A DNA stretch of 64,000 bases from an uncultured Flavobacteriaceae bacterium (lineage in GTDB: Bacteria; Bacteroidota; Bacteroidia; Flavobacteriales; Flavobacteriaceae). The stretch is from contig CALDUQ010000042.1 in the NCBI GenBank assembly GCA_937924845.1, positions 15,184 to 79,183 of the forward strand. The letters are read 5' to 3'. Below are positions 48,690 through 57,215 of the stretch, piece after piece. Below the pieces are notes generated by a model. That model was not told the origin of the DNA. It ran no database searches and worked only from the letters and a program-made list of their open reading frames with translations. The translations under genes and the position numbers were made by a program. Position 1 is the stretch's first letter. Each line of letters opens with the position of its first letter.

Positions 48690-49397
48690 ATGATCTCTAC
48701 AAATAACCTCTCAAAATCGTACAACAACACCGAAGTTTTAAATATCGAAACCCTTGAAATTCCTAAAGGACAAAGTTTTGGTTTGGTGGGTAATAATGGT
48801 GCAGGTAAAACCACATACTTTAGCTTACTACTTGACCTTATTCGGCCAACAACTGGAGATATTAAAAGTAATGATATTCAAATTAATAAAAGCGAAGATT
48901 GGAAACCATTTACATCGGCCTTTATTGACGAAAGCTTTTTAATAGGCTATTTAACTCCAGAAGAATATTTTTACTTTATCGGCGAATTACGAGGGCAAAA
49001 CAAAGCTGATGTTGATGCTGCATTAGTTAGTTATTCAGAGTTTTTTCATGACGAAATTTTAAATAAAAAAAAATATTTAAGAGATTTAAGTAAAGGTAAT
49101 CAAAAAAAAGTGGGTATTGTTGCGGCATTACTTGGTAATCCAGAGGTTATTATTTTAGACGAGCCTTTTGCCAATCTTGACCCATCAACACAAATTAAAT
49201 TAAAAGAAATTATTAAAAACCTTGCGCAGCAAAAAGGCGTTACCGTGCTAGTATCAAGCCATGATTTGTTGCATGTTACCGATGTTTGTGAGCGTATAGT
49301 TGTTTTGGAAAAAGGAAAAATAGTTAAAGACTTAATTACTAACACCGAAACACTTAAAACGTTAGAAGCTCATTTTTCTGGCACAACAATAGTTTAA
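48690..49397 (+). CDS. ABC transporter ATP-binding protein
   Basis: Walker A GNNGAGKTT, signature LSKGNQKK, Walker B VIILDEPFANLD, H-loop SSHD. Confidence 0.85.
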   Translation: MISTNNLSKSYNNTEVLNIETLEIPKGQSFGLVGNNGAGKTTYFSLLLDLIRPTTGDIKSNDIQINKSEDWKPFTSAFIDESFLIGYLTPEEYFYFIGELRGQNKADVDAALVSYSEFFHDEILNKKKYLRDLSKGNQKKVGIVAALLGNPEVIILDEPFANLDPSTQIKLKEIIKNLAQQKGVTVLVSSHDLLHVTDVCERIVVLEKGKIVKDLITNTETLKTLEAHFSGTTIV

Positions 49398-49503
49398 AAT
49401 TAGTTACTTTTATAATATAATACAAAAAGATGCGTATTTTTACGCTTACTCATACTATTTATAGCATAAAATAGTTATTGTATTACACTCAAAATAGTAA
49501 ATC

Positions 49504-52101
49504 TTGAAGTTACATAGACAAAATATTTTTTTAGCAACAGCTACATTCATTTCAATAGTTGCATGTTCTAGAAAGTCTAACACTATAATAAGCCGAAATT
49601 TTCATGCGGTTGCAACCGAATTTAACACGCTTTACAACGGGCAAGTTGCTTACGATCAAGGCGTAGATGCTTTAACAAATGGTTATGCCGATGATTTTTG
49701 GAATATTTTACCCATTGAACCAATTGAAATTACCGATGAAATAAAAGTTGGCAATACATCTCAAAACAGTAATTTTCAGCGTGCCGAAGAGAAAGCAACT
49801 AAAGCAATTCAGCGCCATTCTATGCTTATAGATGGTATAGAACGTAACCCACAAATAGACGAAGCTTTTTTACTTTTAGGAAAATCAAGATATCATGACC
49901 AGCGATTTATACCGGCTTTAGATGCGTTTAATTATATTTTAGATAAATACCCAACAAGTGATAAAATTAATACCGCAAAAATTTGGAGAGAAAAAACCAA
50001 CATGCGGCTTGATAATAGTGATATTACTATTAATAATTTAAAACGATTATTAAAATACGGAGTATTAAAACCACAAGATTTAGCCGATGCTACAGCAGTT
50101 TTAGCACAAGCCTATTTATACCAAAAACATAAAGATAGTGCTATAACTCAGCTACAAATAGCAGCACAAAACACAAAAAATAAAACCGAAAAAGGACGTT
50201 ATAACTATATTTTGGGACAATTGTATAATAGCATTGACAAAAAAGATTCGGCCATATATGCTTTTGATCAAGTGATTAAATTAAACCGTAAAATACCAAG
50301 AATATATTTAATAAATGCTAAGCTTGAAAAAATAAGTAATATTGAAGGTAAAGTATCTAGTGAGCAACTTTTAGAGGCTTTTGATAAATTAGAAAATAAC
50401 CGCGAAAACCGTCCGTTTTTAAATCGCATTTATCACCAAAAGGGCGTATATTATTTAAACACAAAATCCGACTCATTAGCCGAATTGTATTTTAAGGCAT
50501 CCTTAAAAAAAGGTGCGGCAGACCAAACACTTTTAAGTAAAAACTACCAAGCTTTGGGCGACTTAAAGTTTAATAATACAGATTATATAAACGCTAGTGC
50601 ATACTATGATAGTACAATAACACAATTAAAAGAAAACACAAAGTTATATCGTGCTATCAAAAAGAAAAGACAAAACCTTGATGATGTTATTTATTATGAA
50701 GCAATTGCTAACCGCAATGATAGTATTTTAAAATTAACAACATTAAGCCCTGAAAAACAAGTAGCATATTTTAAAACCTTTACAGATAAACTTAAAGCTG
50801 CCGCAGAGAAAGCTGCTGCTGAGGCCGAAAACAACGAAGATACAGGTGCTTTTACTAGTGGCAATAGCTTTAGTGATCAAACCACCACTTCAAAATCAAA
50901 CACAACAAATGGCACGTTTTATTTTTATAATCAAGAAACTATTGCCTTCGGAAAAAATGAGTTTAAAAAGCAATGGGGAAAACGCGCTTTAGAAGATAAT
51001 TGGAGGTTGTCATCTAAAATAGAAATTTCAAAAGATAACACCTCAAATAAAACAGATGAACAAAGTACGGTTAGTACCGATAGTATTGCTAATACTAAAA
51101 AAATAAACGAACTTTTTGATCCGCAATTTTATGTATCTAAAATACCAACAAAGCAAAGCTCAATTGATAGTATTGCTAAAGAGCGTGATTTTTCATACTA
51201 TCAACTAGGTTTAATTTATAGTGGTAAATTTAAAGAATATAACCTGGCTAAAAATAAACTTGAAAAGTTATTAAAACATCAACCCGAACAGCGTTTAATA
51301 CTACCAATTAAGTATAATTTATATAAAATATATACACAATTAAATGATGTTAAAAATATAACTGCGATTAAAAATGATATAGTTGCCAACTATCCTGAGT
51401 CACGATATGCCGCTATATTATTAAATCCAAATAAAGCTTTGGTAGACGATGAAAGTAGCCCTGAAAACAGCTACAATAAAGTTTATAAAGCTTTTGAAAA
51501 TCAAGAGTATTCAAAAGTGTTAAATGAATTAAAAAATTACATATCCGTTTTTGATGGTGACCCAATTATCCCTAAGTTTGAGCTATTAAAAGCAGTTACA
51601 AAAGGGCGTTTATATGGCTTTAAAGCCTATAAAGAATCGGTGAGTTTTGTAGCCTTAAATTACCCAAGTAGTGAAGAAGGTAAACGTGCTGAAGAAATGT
51701 TAACTCGTGTTTTTCCTGAAATTAGTGACAGTATTTTTAAGCCAAATAACGAAGGCAAAAACTTTAAAACCATTTTTAAATTTGATGCTAAATTAAAAGA
51801 AGATATTAACGTATTTGCCGAGCAATTAAACAGGGTGTTACCCCAAATAGATAACTTTAAACTTAAACAATCAATAGATGTTTATGATGAAAACATCGTG
51901 TTTGTTACTATTCATGGTTTTAAAACATTGCATAGTGCATCAGAGTTTTTACAATTGGTAAATGAATTTAATGAAGCTCAAAAAGAAAAGAAGGATAAGG
52001 TTAATTTTACGCGGCCACATTTTTCTATTTCTTCAAGAAATTATCAAACCATCCAAATTCATAAAAATTTAGAAGCGTATTTAAACCAGCTTAATAATTA
52101 A
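49504..52101 (+). CDS. TPR-containing lipoprotein, probable type IX secretion component PorW/SprE
   Basis: TTG start and lipobox ..ISIVAC. N-terminus SRNFHAVATEFNTLYNGQVAYDQG, TPR-rich body and a size of 865 aa all match my recollection of SprE/PorW. Needs a homology search. Confidence 0.6.
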   Translation: MKLHRQNIFLATATFISIVACSRKSNTIISRNFHAVATEFNTLYNGQVAYDQGVDALTNGYADDFWNILPIEPIEITDEIKVGNTSQNSNFQRAEEKATKAIQRHSMLIDGIERNPQIDEAFLLLGKSRYHDQRFIPALDAFNYILDKYPTSDKINTAKIWREKTNMRLDNSDITINNLKRLLKYGVLKPQDLADATAVLAQAYLYQKHKDSAITQLQIAAQNTKNKTEKGRYNYILGQLYNSIDKKDSAIYAFDQVIKLNRKIPRIYLINAKLEKISNIEGKVSSEQLLEAFDKLENNRENRPFLNRIYHQKGVYYLNTKSDSLAELYFKASLKKGAADQTLLSKNYQALGDLKFNNTDYINASAYYDSTITQLKENTKLYRAIKKKRQNLDDVIYYEAIANRNDSILKLTTLSPEKQVAYFKTFTDKLKAAAEKAAAEAENNEDTGAFTSGNSFSDQTTTSKSNTTNGTFYFYNQETIAFGKNEFKKQWGKRALEDNWRLSSKIEISKDNTSNKTDEQSTVSTDSIANTKKINELFDPQFYVSKIPTKQSSIDSIAKERDFSYYQLGLIYSGKFKEYNLAKNKLEKLLKHQPEQRLILPIKYNLYKIYTQLNDVKNITAIKNDIVANYPESRYAAILLNPNKALVDDESSPENSYNKVYKAFENQEYSKVLNELKNYISVFDGDPIIPKFELLKAVTKGRLYGFKAYKESVSFVALNYPSSEEGKRAEEMLTRVFPEISDSIFKPNNEGKNFKTIFKFDAKLKEDINVFAEQLNRVLPQIDNFKLKQSIDVYDENIVFVTIHGFKTLHSASEFLQLVNEFNEAQKEKKDKVNFTRPHFSISSRNYQTIQIHKNLEAYLNQLNN

Positions 52102-52116
52102 TTATAATTTTAACCC

Positions 52117-52518
52117 ATGTATTCAGATAAAAAAAATAAATTAGACCCATCAACACAACAAAACAGAATTGTACAAGGCACAAAAATTGTTGGAGATATA
52201 ATAAGCGAGTGCGGTTTTAGAATTGACGGTACTGTTGATGGTACAATTAAAACACCAGGCAAAGTAGTTATTGGTGTTACAGGAGTTGTAAACGGTACTA
52301 TTGAGAGTAAATATGCCGATATTGTAGGTAGTTTTTACGGAAAAATACAACTTACAGATACTTTAACACTAAAATCTACAGCAGTTTTAGAGGGAGAGGT
52401 GGAAACTCAAAAACTTGCTGTCGAACCTGGCGCAACGTTTAATGCAACTTGTAAAATGGGTAAATCGGTTAAGGAGTTAAACACAGCTGTAAAAAACAAG
52501 TCTGATAAATCAGCTTAA
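52117..52518 (+). CDS. bactofilin family cytoskeletal protein
   Basis: Beta-helical repeat pattern IVQGTKIVGDIISECGFRIDGTVDGTIKTPGKVVIGVTGVVNGTIESKYADIVGSFYGKI..LEGEVETQKLAVEPGATFNA. Confidence 0.8.
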   Translation: MYSDKKNKLDPSTQQNRIVQGTKIVGDIISECGFRIDGTVDGTIKTPGKVVIGVTGVVNGTIESKYADIVGSFYGKIQLTDTLTLKSTAVLEGEVETQKLAVEPGATFNATCKMGKSVKELNTAVKNKSDKSA

Positions 52519-52532
52519 AAAAAGTAATTTTT

Positions 52533-52952
52533 ATGATCAAAAGTGTAAGTAAATACATTAGTGTATTTATAATAATTACTGCTATTTCATACTTAATTCA
52601 AAGCAAAGTTGTTGATTATAATCAAACCTCATTGCAATTTAATTTATTGCATGTGTACCTGTTTTTTAGTGTAATTTCATTACTTATTTGTGTGTTAATA
52701 AAAGTTTTGTCTACCATTAATGCTTTTAAAACTTATATAGGCTTTGTATATTTATTTACGGTGTTTTTTAAAATAATGGTATTTGCAGCAATTTTTTATG
52801 GCACTGATTTTAATACGATTGAATGGTTACGGATTGAAAAACTGCATTTAATTATACCAATGTTTATTTTTTTGTTTTTAGAGGTTGGTGTGATTGCCAA
52901 AATTTTAAATGGAATAAACATTTTGCCTGCATCTCAAAACACTAACTTTTAA
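52533..52952 (+). CDS. small polytopic membrane protein, function unknown
   Basis: 139 aa, four hydrophobic helices, 15 nt downstream of the bactofilin gene. Confidence 0.5.
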   Translation: MIKSVSKYISVFIIITAISYLIQSKVVDYNQTSLQFNLLHVYLFFSVISLLICVLIKVLSTINAFKTYIGFVYLFTVFFKIMVFAAIFYGTDFNTIEWLRIEKLHLIIPMFIFLFLEVGVIAKILNGINILPASQNTNF

Positions 52953-53011
52953 TTGTAGTTCTTTTTACCCAAATAATGCTTTGTTTTAATTGGGTAAAAA
53001 GAACTATAATT
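52951..53011. terminator. long hairpin (21-bp stem) between convergent genes
   Basis: AATTGTAGTTCTTTTTACCCA (52951-52971) pairs with TGGGTAAAAAGAACTATAATT (52991-53011), including one G-T wobble. The loop is 19 nt and a T6 run follows. Confidence 0.65.
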
Positions 53012-53021
53012 AATTTTTTAC

Positions 53022-53360
53022 TTATTCAGATTTCCCCAACATCAACAATTCATTAAGTACTATTTCGGTAATATAGCGTTTAGCACCTGTTTTATCTTCC
53101 CAGGTTTTTGTGGTTAGTTTGCCTTCAATAGCAACTTCTTTACCTTTTTTAAGGTATTTGTTTACAATTTCGGCTGTTTTCCCCCAAGCTACAATGTTGT
53201 GCCATTGTGTTTCAGTTATTTTTTCGCCATTTGTGTTTTTGTAGCTTTCGTTGGTAGCAATTGAGAATTTTGCTAAAGTTTTACCTGACTCTAGGTTTAT
53301 GATTTCTGGGTCATTACCAAGGTTTCCAATTAATTGTACTTTGTTTCTTAACGTAGACAT
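53022..53360 (-). CDS. ssb: single-stranded DNA-binding protein, short form without acidic C-terminal tail
   Basis: OB-fold pattern NKVQLIGNLGNDPEI..TQWHNIVAWGKTAEIVNKYLKKGKEVAIEGKL. Ends ..LMLGKSE at 112 aa with no Gly/Pro linker and no DDDIPF-type tip. Confidence 0.85.
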   Translation of the reverse strand: MSTLRNKVQLIGNLGNDPEIINLESGKTLAKFSIATNESYKNTNGEKITETQWHNIVAWGKTAEIVNKYLKKGKEVAIEGKLTTKTWEDKTGAKRYITEIVLNELLMLGKSE

Positions 53361-53618
53361 AAGATAAGGTATTTATAGGTTGAATATCATTAGTTCAACT
53401 CAACATTGCAAAGATGCGATGTGTTAAAACAAATAATCGGTAGTTAAATAATTATTATCGTTTGTAAACGTTTGTTGTCGATTAATTGATGCGAATTACT
53501 TTAAAAGAGTTAATATAAATAGGTTACTTCTACTACCAAACTGTAAAATGTTTTAACTAAATAGTTTTATAATAGTAGTTCGTTGGGTGTAATTAGGAAA
53601 TCGAAATATTTGGATATT

Positions 53619-53635
53619 ATACCAATTTTTGGTAT
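53619..53635. promoter_or_regulatory. candidate ParD operator (perfect palindrome)
   Basis: ATACCAA-ttt-TTGGTAT lies 21 nt upstream of the parD ATG. Confidence 0.4.
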
Positions 53636-53655
53636 TTTTGAATAAATTTCAAACA

Positions 53656-53904
53656 ATGAAAAATACATCTATATCACTCGGAAATTATTTTGATCAGTTT
53701 ATAAAAAACCAGATTTCTGCCGGAAGATACAAAAACGTTAGCGAAGTCATTAGAGCTGGACTAAGAATGTTAGAAAATGAAGAAAGCAAAGTAATTGCAT
53801 TGAAAAATGCAATACAAGAAGGTTTAAATAGTCCTTTAGTTGAAGATTTTAATTTTGATGAGAATCTAAAAAAGCTAAAAGCTGAAAAGAGAAAAAATGA
53901 CTAA
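53656..53904 (+). CDS. parD: type II antitoxin, ParD family (ribbon-helix-helix)
   Basis: MKNTSISLGNYFDQFIKNQISAGRYKNVSEVIRAGLRMLENEE is a classic ParD/CC2985-type N-terminus. The ORF overlaps the toxin gene by 8 nt. Confidence 0.8.
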   Translation: MKNTSISLGNYFDQFIKNQISAGRYKNVSEVIRAGLRMLENEESKVIALKNAIQEGLNSPLVEDFNFDENLKKLKAEKRKND

Positions 53905-54196
53905 AGTTATTTTAAGAAAAGAAGCAATTGATGACTTAAATAGGATTTGGAATTATACTTTCGAAAAATGGTCAGAAAAACAAGCAGATAAATATTACGC
54001 AACAATTAAAATGACTTGTAATGGAATTGGTGAAAATCCTGATTTGGGAAGAATTTACAGTGGAATAACTCACAATTTACTTGGTTTGAAATCTGGAAAA
54101 CAAATTATTTTTTATCAGCAAATATCTAAAGGTAGAATTGAAATTATAAGAATTTTACACGAAAGAATGGACTTGAGAAATCGAATAATCGAATAA
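53897..54196 (+). CDS. parE: type II toxin, RelE/ParE family
   Basis: 99 aa. ..AIDDLNRIWNYTFEKWSEKQADKYY...G.......IIFYQQISKGRIEIIRILHERMD is the ParE pattern. Confidence 0.8.
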   Translation: MTKVILRKEAIDDLNRIWNYTFEKWSEKQADKYYATIKMTCNGIGENPDLGRIYSGITHNLLGLKSGKQIIFYQQISKGRIEIIRILHERMDLRNRIIE

Positions 54197-54244
54197 AAAA
54201 CTACACCCATCAAAGAACTGTGGTAAAAAACAAGTAAAAACGAA

Positions 54245-54445
54245 TTAATTTACAGCCAAGGTGCTTCTGTAATTTTGATCATAGGGCAATCTGTTTTTAG
54301 CTATTGCAAAAGCTTGCTTTAGCAACTTGTTACAAACGGCAATAAGTGCCAGTTTTTTGCTTGTTCCTTTAGCTACAATTCGGTCATAAAGTGCCTTGCA
54401 TGCAATATTATATTTACAAGCATTAAAACTGCATAAAAAGAACAA
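54245..54445 (-). pseudogene. IS110-family transposase, C-terminal remnant only
   Basis: ..ACKALYDRIVAKGTSKKLALIAVCNKLLKQAFAIAKNRLPYDQNY matches the extreme C-terminus of IS110-type (Transposase_20) proteins. The roughly 270 aa that should precede it are absent, and a lipoprotein gene occupies that position. Confidence 0.6.
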
Positions 54446-54450
54446 TTAAA

Positions 54451-54972
54451 ATGAAAACAAATAAAATTTTAATTCTGATTTTAGTATTAACAGTAATAGT
54501 ATCATGTGGTTTACCTTTTAAAATGATTGAAGGTGCTGCAAATAGATTAGGAAAACTTGGAGATATTGGAAGTGGAAAAATTAGTATTAATAAACTTGAC
54601 GGTAATTGGGAACTAACAAATGAGTATAAAATTTCTAAAGAAAAATTAAGAAAAGAAAAAGATATTAGTAAATATGAAATAAAAAACGATAGTGGATGTA
54701 AGAGAAAGTTTGATGTATATTTTAATTCTCATAAGCTCAGTTATAATTTTGATGAAAATACAAATTGTAAAGAAATTAAAAATAATGGAACATGGAAATA
54801 TTTTTCTGATAGTGAGGCAAACATTATAAAAATTTACGACGAAAACGGAGCATTCTTATCATCTTTTTTTGTTCTTAAAGCAAGTAAAAATGAATTAATC
54901 TTGAGTGGAAATTTTATATATGAAATAGATACTTATACAGAAGGTGTTGCTTACTTTAAAAAAAAGAAATAA
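54451..54972 (+). CDS. hypothetical lipoprotein
   Basis: Lipobox LTVIVSC. 173 aa, Lys/Asn-rich, no recognised domain. Confidence 0.5.
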   Translation: MKTNKILILILVLTVIVSCGLPFKMIEGAANRLGKLGDIGSGKISINKLDGNWELTNEYKISKEKLRKEKDISKYEIKNDSGCKRKFDVYFNSHKLSYNFDENTNCKEIKNNGTWKYFSDSEANIIKIYDENGAFLSSFFVLKASKNELILSGNFIYEIDTYTEGVAYFKKKK

Positions 54973-55182
54973 CTGTTTACAATATCTAGTATAATTAATA
55001 GCATTATCCCGCTTGCTTACGTAAAGCCTTGCGAAATTTCTATTCGTTTTATGTTTGCTAGATTTAGTTCTCAAACCAACACAACTTAACATTGACCTAA
55101 GCGCTTTCATAGTAAAATAGGTTTTTACACTAAACTTTAGGTTTGCGGTTTAAAAATTACGGTAAAATCAACTTAATTTTTT

Positions 55183-55944
55183 TTATTCAAATATCGCAAC
55201 AACCCTTGCAGGTGCAGCCGATGCGCCTACAATTTTTATCGGGAAAACAGCAATTTTAAATCCTTGGTACGGTAACTTGTCTAAGTTTACCAATTGTTCC
55301 ATATGGCAATATTCTTTACGTTGCCCAACCAAATGAGCTTCCCAAAATAATTCGGGATTGTTGGTGTCTTTAGCTTTTTTAATAAGATGTTTTAATGGTA
55401 AATCCCAACCCCAAGCATCAATACCCATAACTTTAATGCCTTGGTCAATAAGCCATTCGGTAGCTTCGGCACTCATGCCTGTTCCTTTATTAGGAAAATC
55501 TTTGGTGCCGTTATAAATGTCTCTACCTGTTTTAATTAAAACAATCATCCCTGCTTTAATTGATAGGTTTTCTTTATTTAAAAAGTGTTTAATATCTTGT
55601 ACTGTAATGGCTTCAAAGTCTTTTTTATGCTTCATATCAATAACAAGACCATTGCCATAACACCATTCTAACGGAATTTCATCAATAGTTTTTGCTCGCT
55701 TTCCGTTTACAGTAGGTGAGTAATGCCAAGGCGCATCAATATGAGTGGTAGCGTGTACGCCCATTTTTTTAATAGTGTCATCTGCCCAGCCTTTAAAGCC
55801 TTTTGGATGTAACTTTTTAGGTAAGCCTAAAAAACGCAATAAAAGCCCTGCTTTTTTATGTGCTTTATGCTTTATTTTAACCTTCATAAACCAAGGGTCA
55901 GATTTATTGTACTGAATTGGTTTTGATAAATCTATTATTTTCAT
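55183..55944 (-). CDS. cyclase family protein (arylformamidase-like fold)
   Basis: HATTHIDAPWHY metal-binding motif (HxxxHxD) and ..MGIDAWGWD.. 253 aa. Confidence 0.8.
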   Translation of the reverse strand: MKIIDLSKPIQYNKSDPWFMKVKIKHKAHKKAGLLLRFLGLPKKLHPKGFKGWADDTIKKMGVHATTHIDAPWHYSPTVNGKRAKTIDEIPLEWCYGNGLVIDMKHKKDFEAITVQDIKHFLNKENLSIKAGMIVLIKTGRDIYNGTKDFPNKGTGMSAEATEWLIDQGIKVMGIDAWGWDLPLKHLIKKAKDTNNPELFWEAHLVGQRKEYCHMEQLVNLDKLPYQGFKIAVFPIKIVGASAAPARVVAIFE

Positions 55945-56000
55945 ACAACGTTGTCAGTTGGTTAGTATATTGGTGAAAAAAAGTAGGTTTTAAACAATTA

Positions 56001-57179
56001 TTAATACACAAATTCACCATACTCACTTTTAATGGTAAGTTGTTTAGTGTTGCTGGCTTCTACACGACCAATAATTTTAGCATCTACATTAAAAGATTTA
56101 GAGATGGCTATAATATTTTTAGCTATAGCTGAAGACACGTATAATTCCATTCGGTGGCCGCAATTAAACACTTGGTACATTTCTTTCCAGTCGGTTTTAG
56201 ATTGCTCTTGAATCAGTTTAAATAATGGCGGAACAGTAAACATATTATCTTTTATAATATGTAAATTATCTATAAAGTGTAAAATTTTGGTTTGCGCACC
56301 ACCACTACAATGCACCATACCATGTATATTATCCTTTTTATATTTTGAAAGGATGGCTTTAATAATGGGAGCATAAGTTCTAGTTGGCGACAATACTAAT
56401 TTACCAGCGTCAATAGGGCTGTTATCAACAGCATCGGTTAATTTTTTTTGCCCAGAATAGACTAAATCAGCTGGCACAGCGGCATCAAAACTTTCGGGAT
56501 ACGTGTTGGCAAGGTATTTATTAAATACATCATGCCTAGCGGAAGTTAAGCCGTTACTGCCCATGCCTCCATTGTACTCGGTTTCATAAGTGGCCTGTCC
56601 AAAACTTTCTAAGCCAACAATAACATCGCCCGCTTTTATATTTGCATTATCAATCACGTCCTCACGTTTCATGCGTGCTGTTACGGTAGAGTCTACAATT
56701 ATGGTGCGAACCAAATCACCCACATCGGCAGTTTCGCCACCAGTAGAATGTATGGTTACTCCAAATTTGCGTAGCTCTGTAATTAGCGCTTCGGTGCCAT
56801 TTATAATTGCTGAAATAACTTCGCCAGGTATTAAGTTTTTGTTTCTGCCAATTGTAGACGATAGCATAATATTGTCGGTTGCACCAACGCAAAGTAAGTC
56901 GTCAATATTCATAATCAAAGCATCTTGAGCAATGCCTTTCCAAACCGAAATATCACCTGTTTCTTTCCAATACATGTAAGCTAAAGCGCTTTTTGTGCCA
57001 GCACCATCAGCATGCATTATTAAGCAATGTGCTTCGCTTTGTGTTAAATAATCGGGTACAATTTTACAAAATGCCTTCGGAAATAGTCCCTTGTCAATAT
57101 TTTTAATGGCGTTATGCACATCATCTTTAGATGCTGAAACACCTCTTAAAGCATAGCGTTTACTTATATCCTGGCTCAT
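56001..57179 (-). CDS. purM: AIR synthase-related protein / phosphoribosylformylglycinamidine cyclo-ligase (long Bacteroidota type)
   Basis: ..MHADGAGTKS.., ..DDLLCVGA.. and ..GGETADVGD.. are PurM-superfamily motifs. 392 aa. Confidence 0.8.
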   Translation of the reverse strand: MSQDISKRYALRGVSASKDDVHNAIKNIDKGLFPKAFCKIVPDYLTQSEAHCLIMHADGAGTKSALAYMYWKETGDISVWKGIAQDALIMNIDDLLCVGATDNIMLSSTIGRNKNLIPGEVISAIINGTEALITELRKFGVTIHSTGGETADVGDLVRTIIVDSTVTARMKREDVIDNANIKAGDVIVGLESFGQATYETEYNGGMGSNGLTSARHDVFNKYLANTYPESFDAAVPADLVYSGQKKLTDAVDNSPIDAGKLVLSPTRTYAPIIKAILSKYKKDNIHGMVHCSGGAQTKILHFIDNLHIIKDNMFTVPPLFKLIQEQSKTDWKEMYQVFNCGHRMELYVSSAIAKNIIAISKSFNVDAKIIGRVEASNTKQLTIKSEYGEFVY

Positions 57180-57215
57180 TTGATTAAAATTTAGTGATTA
57201 TTGCAAAAGTATAAC

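Noticed and set aside
53585-54206. 8-bp inverted repeat TGGGTGTA / TACACCCA flanking the parDE module (53585-53592 and 54199-54206).
   Set aside because: It is too short to distinguish from chance in 64 kb, and there is no accompanying target-site duplication or transposase. I noted it but do not call it a mobile-element boundary.
54895-55110. 71-aa minus-strand ORF (MKALRSMLSCVGLRTKSSKHKTNRNFARLYVSKRD..) in the spacer after the orphan lipoprotein gene. The spacer also contains a TTACGTAA palindrome.
   Set aside because: The ORF overlaps the 3' end of the lipoprotein gene and has an Arg/Ser/Lys-rich composition typical of spurious frames. I could not match the DNA to any RNA family or IS end by eye. 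It is more likely leftover element DNA and is covered by the mini-island finding.
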